Assembly: GCA_038227875.1 (NCBI GenBank)
Contig: JBBRPR010000034.1
Coordinates: forward strand, 1 to 64,000
Length of the DNA: 64,000 nt
Direction of reading: 5' to 3'
Origin: Planctomycetota bacterium
Lineage (GTDB): Bacteria; Planctomycetota; SZUA-567; H5-PLA8
The notes beneath the pieces are model-generated. The model ran no database searches. It was not told the origin of the DNA and worked only from the letters and a program-made list of their open reading frames with translations. The stretch's first letter is position 1. The number at the start of each line of letters is the position of its first letter. Below are positions 56,596 through 64,000 of the stretch, piece by piece. The translations under genes and the position numbers were made by a program.

Positions 56596-57177
56596 ATGGC
56601 CAATGCTCCCAAGATCCTGGCGTTCGCGGGTAGTTTGCGCGCACAATCCTGGAACAAAAAGATGGTCAAAATCGCCGTCGCGGGTGCGACCGCCGCCGGC
56701 GTGGAGTGCACGTATATTGACCTGCGCGATTATGCGCTTCCCATTTTCGATGAAGATTTGGAAAAGCAGGACGGCCTGCCCGCCAACGCGCGCAAGCTCA
56801 AAGACCTGTTCCTTGCGCACCAGGGTCTGCTCATCGCCGCGCCGGAATACAACAGCGGCATCACCGCCGTCCTCAAGAACACCATCGACTGGATCTCGCG
56901 TCCGGTTCCCGGCGAAACGCCGCTGCAGTGCTACGACGGCAAGGTCGCCACGCTGATGTCCGCGTCGCCCGGCGCGCTGGGTGGATTGCGCGGGCTGGTC
57001 GGCGTGCGCTCGATTCTCGGCAACATCAAAGTGACCGTGCTGCCCGACCAGGTCGCCATCGGCAAGGCCCACGAAATGTTCACCGAAGACGGCCAGCTGA
57101 AAGACGCCGCGCAGAAAGCGTCCGTCGAGAAACTCGGCGCCGGTTTGGCGGCGATGCTCAAGAAGCTCTACGCCTGA
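56596..57177 (+). CDS. NAD(P)H-dependent FMN reductase (ChrR/azoreductase-like)
   Basis: AGSLR..SWN, PEYNSG..AVLKNTIDWISR and SASPGALGGLRG. Confidence 0.93.
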   Translation: MANAPKILAFAGSLRAQSWNKKMVKIAVAGATAAGVECTYIDLRDYALPIFDEDLEKQDGLPANARKLKDLFLAHQGLLIAAPEYNSGITAVLKNTIDWISRPVPGETPLQCYDGKVATLMSASPGALGGLRGLVGVRSILGNIKVTVLPDQVAIGKAHEMFTEDGQLKDAAQKASVEKLGAGLAAMLKKLYA

Positions 57178-57221
57178 GTTCAGGACTTGTCCAACCCAGC
57201 ACGGATTCTAGAATTCAAGCC

Positions 57222-57938
57222 ATGAAGACGTCGACGCTCACGCTCGTTTCCGCCGGACTGCTCGGTTTCGCCAATCAGGTGCTGGCGTGTCCGGGTTGTA
57301 AGGATGCGGTCTCCAGCGCCAACACGGTCGCCAATCCTTGGGGCAACGCGTACAACTCCAGCATTCTGTTCATGCTGGGAACGGTACTGGTCATCGTCGG
57401 CTCCGTTTCGTACGGCATCTTCCGCATCGCGCGCGCGGAAACGCAACGCAAGCTCGCGCCGGCTGGCGGAGTCGCGATCCCGGTTGCCGCTCCCGTGAAA
57501 AAAGTCTCACTGCTGAAGTTCGTGCTGCCGGCCGTCGGGCTGCTCTATGTCGCTTTCATTGCCGCCGCGATGACCCGCACCAAATCCACGCAGGCCTCCG
57601 AACAGAGCGTGATCGACATCCCCAGCCTCAACGACAGCACATTCCGCTCGGCCCAGATGGTGAACCCGTCGCTGGTCGTCGATTTCGGCGCCGCGTGGTG
57701 CCCCAACTGCAAAACCAGCGCGCCTGAATTTTACCGCGTCGCCAAGGCCCGCCAGCCGCAGACCAAGTTCTTCCAGGTCGACGTCGACGCTTCTCCGGTC
57801 ACCGCCAAAGCATTGAAGATCGACGATCTGCCCTGTTTCGTCCTGTTCCTCGACGGTCAGGAAGCCGCTCGCCGCACCGGCGCCGCGACCGAAGCCGAGC
57901 TGAACGCGTGGATCGATAGCCACACGCCGAAGAAATAG
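57222..57938 (+). CDS. Membrane-anchored thioredoxin with N-terminal CPGC motif and two TM helices
   Basis: Signal peptide, then ACPGCKDA...AYNSSILFMLG, two TMs and a thioredoxin fold (VVDFGAAWCPNCK, QVDVD, LP.F.LF.DG.E). Start is ATG 57222; the ORF-track extension overlaps the upstream gene. Confidence 0.85.
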   Translation: MKTSTLTLVSAGLLGFANQVLACPGCKDAVSSANTVANPWGNAYNSSILFMLGTVLVIVGSVSYGIFRIARAETQRKLAPAGGVAIPVAAPVKKVSLLKFVLPAVGLLYVAFIAAAMTRTKSTQASEQSVIDIPSLNDSTFRSAQMVNPSLVVDFGAAWCPNCKTSAPEFYRVAKARQPQTKFFQVDVDASPVTAKALKIDDLPCFVLFLDGQEAARRTGAATEAELNAWIDSHTPKK

Positions 57939-57957
57939 AAGGCAGTGGCAGCGCAGG

Positions 57958-58064
57958 ACCATACCGCAAATTTGCGGTATGGTTAGTCGATTATGTCTAT
58001 CGATCTAACCATGTAGTAAATTTACGACGTGGTTAAAAGCCAACATCAGGCAAATTTGCCTGAT
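57958..58064. repeat. Three AAATTT-centred palindromes
   Basis: ACCATACCGCAAATTTGCGGTATGGT (57958-57983, perfect); TAACCATGTAGTAAATTTACGACGTGGTTA (58006-58035, 2 mismatched pairs); ATCAGGCAAATTTGCCTGAT (58045-58064, perfect). Confidence 0.85.
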
Positions 58065-58066
58065 CA

Positions 58067-60184
58067 TCAGTCCTTCTTCACGGACGACACAAACGCGAAG
58101 CGGTTCGCCAGCAGCGCTTCGGCGATCACCAGGATAAAGCCCGCGAGCATCAAGTACGGCGAGAGACTCACGCCGAAGCGAATTTTCCCCAGCAGACGGT
58201 TGAGTTCCTCGGAATTGTGGACGAGTTCCGCGCTCGGGACGAGCTTCGACGGCTCGGCGTACTCAAGAATACCTTCCTCCGGATCGACATTCACGGCAAT
58301 GTCGCGCGTATCGAAGCGCCCGGCCTGGCTCCATTCGAACTCGCCGCTGCCGACCTCGTTGACGATACCGGCATCATAGGTCGCGAAACCATTGGAGACC
58401 GACGAATCGACCTCGCGGACCGCGCCACCGTTCCAATGGTACTTCACTTTCGGTGGCGCGCCTTCGGCCGCCAGCCTCAGGCGCAGGGACTCGCCGACGC
58501 GTGCCGTCTGCGTCTCGGCGGGTGTGGTGAGGTAGACGACGAGGCTGTGCATCAACGGAAGGAAGCTGACTTTCAGCGGCAAGTTGGTGCTCTGCGTGTG
58601 CAGCGGCGCGGCGAACATCAGCACGCGGCCGAGACCATACGCGTGTTCGAGAATCGCCGGATCGCCGCCGCCAAACCGCGCCAGCACGCGTGTGCCCGCG
58701 CCGTTCAGCACTTCCAACTTCGCCGCGCGGTAGAAGGCCGCGGCGCTCAGGTCGAGTTGCACGTCGCCGCGCTTGAGCCGCGAAAAAATCGGATGGTACG
58801 GATCGATCTCTTTGATCGTCTCGGTATGCCCGCTGTCGCCTTCTTCGCCCAACGTCCCGACCATGCGCGCCGGCGCGAGCGGCCAGAAGCCCGGCGTCTC
58901 CGCCGCGAGCTTCGTGTTGAACTCCGCGGCACTATCCGGACCGACGCCGGCAATCACGAGGCTTCCGCCCGCGGCGACGAATGCACGCAGGCTCTTCAAC
59001 GCCGGCTCATTAGTCGGGACGCTTTCGGCGAGAATCACGGCGGCGTAGTCGTCGAGATTTTCCGCGGCGAGTTTCGCGGGTTCGCAGAGCGTCAGGCTGA
59101 CGCCGGTGCTCGCCGGGCCGCCTGGATTGAGCGCCTTCTCGATGTAGAAGCTCGGCGAGACGCCCGATTGCATCAGCGGCCGGCAGATCAGCACGCCGAG
59201 CTTGGCGCGCACGCGCACGGAGAGCAACCGCTTGTTGTCGACGGCCAGCGCGTCCTTTTCGATCTCGGCGGTAAGCAGACGCCAGCCGGGCTTCTCGAAG
59301 TTGACGTCGACGGCCAGCGTGGTCGCCGATTTCGGCGGCAGCGCGACGAGTTGCTCCGCGGCCGTCTGCCCGTCGATGCGCAGGGTGAGATTGGTGCTGA
59401 CTGGCGTCGAGCCGCGATTGGCCGCGTTGATGCGCACGCGAAATGGCGCGGTCGTGGTCGCGAAGGGCGAAATCTGTTCCAGCGCCGTCACCGCCCCATT
59501 TTCGCGCCGCGACGGCGGGACCGGCACGAGCACCGTAGTGAGATTGCGCCCGGTGAACTCGACGCCTTTCAGTTCGGAGGCGCGCTGCTGAAAATCGGAA
59601 ATGACGTACAGCTCCCGCTGCACGGCCTCGGTTTCGTCGAGCAGTTTCAGCGCCGCCTTGATCTGCGGCCCGAGTGCCTGGGCACTGAGCGCCGGTTCGG
59701 AGGCGACGAGTTTGCGAGCCAGTTCCTCCGGATCGCGGACCATGATCGGCTCGCTGTGCGACGTCAGCACGCAAACCGCATCGCCGGCGGTCATGGTCTT
59801 CAGAATTTCTCCGGCCAGCGACTTGGCGCGTGAAAAGAGGCTGCCTTCGCCGTCGACCAGCGCCATCGAATAGGAATCGTCGAGCACGATCACCGCCGCC
59901 ACGCCGCTGGATTTCCCCGGCCCGCCGCCGGAACCGCTGCCCGGCGGCTTCCAGGCCGGACCGGCGAGCGCCATGATCAACAGCAACAAAGTCAGGCATC
60001 GCAGCAACAGCAGTAGTATTTCCTGGAGCTTCTGGCGGCGCGCGACCTTGCGGTCCACTTCGCGCAGGAAGCGGATCGTCGGGAAGTCGACCTGCCGCGC
60101 CTTGATCTTGTAGACCAGGTGGATGACGACCGGGACGGCGATGGCGCTTAACCCCAACAGAAAAAAGGGGTGAACAAACTGCAT
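58067..60184 (-). CDS. BatA-domain / vWA / GATase-like membrane protein
   Basis: MQFVHP..L.GL..IAVPVVIHL...FPTIRFL...LLLLLR.L...LA.P (BatA); MIDAS DDSYS; ISDFQ; DAL..DN.R; C-terminal TM. Start overlaps the DUF58 stop (TGATG). Confidence 0.9.
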   Translation of the reverse strand: MQFVHPFFLLGLSAIAVPVVIHLVYKIKARQVDFPTIRFLREVDRKVARRQKLQEILLLLLRCLTLLLLIMALAGPAWKPPGSGSGGGPGKSSGVAAVIVLDDSYSMALVDGEGSLFSRAKSLAGEILKTMTAGDAVCVLTSHSEPIMVRDPEELARKLVASEPALSAQALGPQIKAALKLLDETEAVQRELYVISDFQQRASELKGVEFTGRNLTTVLVPVPPSRRENGAVTALEQISPFATTTAPFRVRINAANRGSTPVSTNLTLRIDGQTAAEQLVALPPKSATTLAVDVNFEKPGWRLLTAEIEKDALAVDNKRLLSVRVRAKLGVLICRPLMQSGVSPSFYIEKALNPGGPASTGVSLTLCEPAKLAAENLDDYAAVILAESVPTNEPALKSLRAFVAAGGSLVIAGVGPDSAAEFNTKLAAETPGFWPLAPARMVGTLGEEGDSGHTETIKEIDPYHPIFSRLKRGDVQLDLSAAAFYRAAKLEVLNGAGTRVLARFGGGDPAILEHAYGLGRVLMFAAPLHTQSTNLPLKVSFLPLMHSLVVYLTTPAETQTARVGESLRLRLAAEGAPPKVKYHWNGGAVREVDSSVSNGFATYDAGIVNEVGSGEFEWSQAGRFDTRDIAVNVDPEEGILEYAEPSKLVPSAELVHNSEELNRLLGKIRFGVSLSPYLMLAGFILVIAEALLANRFAFVSSVKKD

Positions 60185-61074
60185 CAGCCCACCCTCTGCC
60201 GCTTGTGAAGGTAGTGGGCCAGCACCTTGTCGAACGGCGTCGAGGTGTCGATGAGCTGGTAGTCGATATCCATGTTTGAACACTGCTTGCGCAAATCGTC
60301 GCTGAAGCCGCCGACGGCTGCCATATACGCCGCGCGTAGCGACGCCGGCATGACTTGCACGCGTTCGTTGGTCTCCATGTCGCGAAATTCGGAGAGCATC
60401 GCGTACGGGAATTTCAATTCATTGTGATCAAGAATGTGAAAGGCGATCACTTCACTCTTCTTGAAACGAAGATGGCGCAGGCCCGCGACGATCTTCTCCT
60501 TGTCGTCATAAAAATCGGAGATCACGATGAACAAGCCGCGCCGCTTCACGGTCTCAGCCAGATAATGGAGCGCGGCATTGATGCTGGTGGTCTGCTGCGG
60601 TTCGGCGTCCATCACCGTCGTGACGATTTCGCGCAGGTGGCGCATCGATGATTTGGGCGGGACGTACTTCAGCACCTTGTCGGCGAAGAGGATGATGCCC
60701 GTCGGATCCTGCTGCAAAATCGCGAGGTAACTGATCGCCGACGCAATGGCCGAGGCGTAGCGGAATTTGCTCACCGGGTCGCCGAACTTCATCGACGCGG
60801 AACAGTCGAGCAAGATGTGGACCTGCATGTTCGTTTCGGAATGGTACTTCTTGATGTACTTGCGGTCGGACCGCGCCAGCGCCTTCCAATCGAAGTAGCG
60901 CAGGTCATCGCCGGCGACGTAGGGGCGGTACTCCGCGAATTCCACGCTGAAGCCGTGGAACGGGGAGCGGTGCAGACCCGAGATGAAGCCCTCGACGATC
61001 CACCGCGCGATCAGATTCATGTTCGAGAACCGCGCCAGAGCTTCCGGCGGCAGTAATTCACTGATGGCGCGCAT
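60184..61074 (-). CDS. DUF58 domain protein (vWA-like MoxR partner)
   Basis: VEGFISGLHRSPFHGFSVEFAEYRPY..GDDLR..DWK, LLDCSASM and ISDFYD. Confidence 0.95.
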   Translation of the reverse strand: MRAISELLPPEALARFSNMNLIARWIVEGFISGLHRSPFHGFSVEFAEYRPYVAGDDLRYFDWKALARSDRKYIKKYHSETNMQVHILLDCSASMKFGDPVSKFRYASAIASAISYLAILQQDPTGIILFADKVLKYVPPKSSMRHLREIVTTVMDAEPQQTTSINAALHYLAETVKRRGLFIVISDFYDDKEKIVAGLRHLRFKKSEVIAFHILDHNELKFPYAMLSEFRDMETNERVQVMPASLRAAYMAAVGGFSDDLRKQCSNMDIDYQLIDTSTPFDKVLAHYLHKRQRVG

Positions 61075-61127
61075 GGATCTTTCCCCGATTCAATTCCCGC
61101 TACTCCAATGGACCGCGACACGCACTC

Positions 61128-62495
<1,368 letters not shown>

Positions 62496-62539
62496 CGATG
62501 GCTCTTTCGCTCCCTATTAGTAGTGAACCGTTCAGTGGA

Positions 62540-64000
62540 TCAGTGGGTGATTGTGTACATGATGATGTTGGTACCGAGTTTCAGTGCGTCGTCGGGCATG
62601 ATCGCGAACGTGTACGGCCGCTCCTGCTGCTCCCAGCCGCAGCCGAGATCGAAGCGCGAGTAGATCACGCGCATGTCGTCGCCGACTTGAAGGCCTTCGA
62701 GGTACGGCGCATTCATGTCCTTGAACGATGCGCGGACCTGCGTTGAGTAGGCGACCTTATCGATCTTGTAGAAGGACGAGTAGACGGGGTGGTCGAGTGG
62801 CAGCTCTTTCAAATCGCTGGTCGGCACAACGCGCTTCATTTCCCGGCGGAAGGCTTTGTCGAAGCCGAGATTCCCGCAGCACGAATCGGCCAGCAGCATG
62901 CCGCCGTGTTCAAGGAATTTCTTGAGGCCCGCGACCTCGTCGACGGTCAGCGAAAAATCCTCATGTCCGGTCAGGTAGAGGAACGGGTAGTTCATCAGCG
63001 CCGGATCGGTCAGCAGTACTTCCTTGCGGCCGAAGTTCACTTTCGTATTCGTGGTTTCGATCGTGTTCTTCAGCAGCGCGGTAAACGCCGACGGCGCGGG
63101 ATCCCACAGCCCGTTGGTCTTGACTTGCGCGAAGACGAAGTCGCCTTTCAGCGAATCGTCCTTGGTGTCGAAGGCATGGCGCTGGGCCAGGTAGCGGCCG
63201 AGGTTGTAATACGCGATCGTGTACGCGGTGAGGTTGATGCCGAGATTCATCGCATCTTCGCCGACGATGCAGCGCCCGCCTTCCGGCACATGGTAGCTGT
63301 CCCACGCGCAGGAAAGATCGTACGGGAAGAGGAAGACGGCGGTGCGGCAGCCGACATTGGCACCTTCGAGCGTCGGCAGACCGTCGAGACGGTGCGCGGC
63401 GGGCGAGTACTTCACATGATCGATTTCAAACGAGCTGCGGAAGACCGGATGATCCGGCGCGAGCAACTGGAGCGGATGGTCCGGGAGGATCGCTTTCATT
63501 TCCGTGCGGATGGAATTGGCGAAGTCTTCCGAACCATGGCAGGAGTCGCACCAGATGAAGCCACCGCGCAGCACGAACTCGCGGAGCTTCTTGCGCTCTT
63601 CGTCGTTGAAGCTCAAGCCGCGCCGGCCTTGAATGTAAATCACCGGAACTTCCGCCGGATCCCACGAAAAATTCTTCGGGTCGATGTTGACGTTGCGGTA
63701 GCGGACGTTGAGCTTCGCGTTGGCGAATTTCATCAGGCGGTTGAGGTCGGCGGGATCGGTGTTCCAATCGTACCAGCCCATCTTCTGGCCGTCGGGCATC
63801 ACCTTCGAGTAGTACCCACCCCACATCAGCTTGCCGATCAGCGTCGGCGCCGCCGGTTCGCGTTTGCGTTCGGTGCGGCGCAGCGGCGTGGCGGGCAGCG
63901 GCAGCGGCGGCACACCTTCGCCACCTTTAATGCGCTGGGGCTTGGCTTCGGGCAGCAGGCCGCAGGGGCCGTCGTCGTTGCCTCCAAGATCGGCCGCGAG
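62540..64000 (-). CDS. Tandem DUF4159 domain protein (5'-partial, runs off the window)
   Basis: Two copies of the DUF4159 pattern (YPFLYLTGH..F.L..DE...L..FL..GG.L..D.C...F...F..EM; HP.Y.SFY; L.CGW; LG.N...Y). The frame stays open to base 64000. Confidence 0.9.
   Translation of the reverse strand, partial: LAADLGGNDDGPCGLLPEAKPQRIKGGEGVPPLPLPATPLRRTERKREPAAPTLIGKLMWGGYYSKVMPDGQKMGWYDWNTDPADLNRLMKFANAKLNVRYRNVNIDPKNFSWDPAEVPVIYIQGRRGLSFNDEERKKLREFVLRGGFIWCDSCHGSEDFANSIRTEMKAILPDHPLQLLAPDHPVFRSSFEIDHVKYSPAAHRLDGLPTLEGANVGCRTAVFLFPYDLSCAWDSYHVPEGGRCIVGEDAMNLGINLTAYTIAYYNLGRYLAQRHAFDTKDDSLKGDFVFAQVKTNGLWDPAPSAFTALLKNTIETTNTKVNFGRKEVLLTDPALMNYPFLYLTGHEDFSLTVDEVAGLKKFLEHGGMLLADSCCGNLGFDKAFRREMKRVVPTSDLKELPLDHPVYSSFYKIDKVAYSTQVRASFKDMNAPYLEGLQVGDDMRVIYSRFDLGCGWEQQERPYTFAIMPDDALKLGTNIIMYTITH

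Overview
A GC-rich bacterial chromosomal window, probably from a Planctomycetota-like organism. This is inferred from the PQQ-propeller proteins, the 'RRFQFSLRT' motif, the DUF4159/MoxR/DUF58/BatA cluster and the REP-like hairpins. Left part: a PAS remnant, a PstS-like binding protein in an apparent operon with a chemoreceptor, a dif-like Xer site, DoxX, a Znu-type metal ABC transporter, a DUF6178 gene with a structured boxA-containing leader, and low-GC orphan genes. Centre (12.6-43.1 kb): a surface-protein island with a ~6,200-aa adhesin, a Ser/Thr kinase-AAA-GAF-GGDEF protein, an Ig-stalked DUF3494 ice-binding-family protein and a 1,300-aa passenger-repeat protein. The two passenger-repeat proteins lack a beta-barrel but end in the same unrecognised ~135-145-aa domain after a PKD domain. 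This candidate C-terminal sorting signal is the best lead for a new system. Right part: secreted propeller proteins, a JAB-Zn-ribbon protein, arginase, a small basic protein, an FMN reductase, a CxxC-TM-thioredoxin fusion and a DUF4159/FHA-MoxR/DUF58/BatA operon. No rRNA, tRNA, CRISPR array or transposase was seen. All family calls come from motif recognition by eye; no searches were run.
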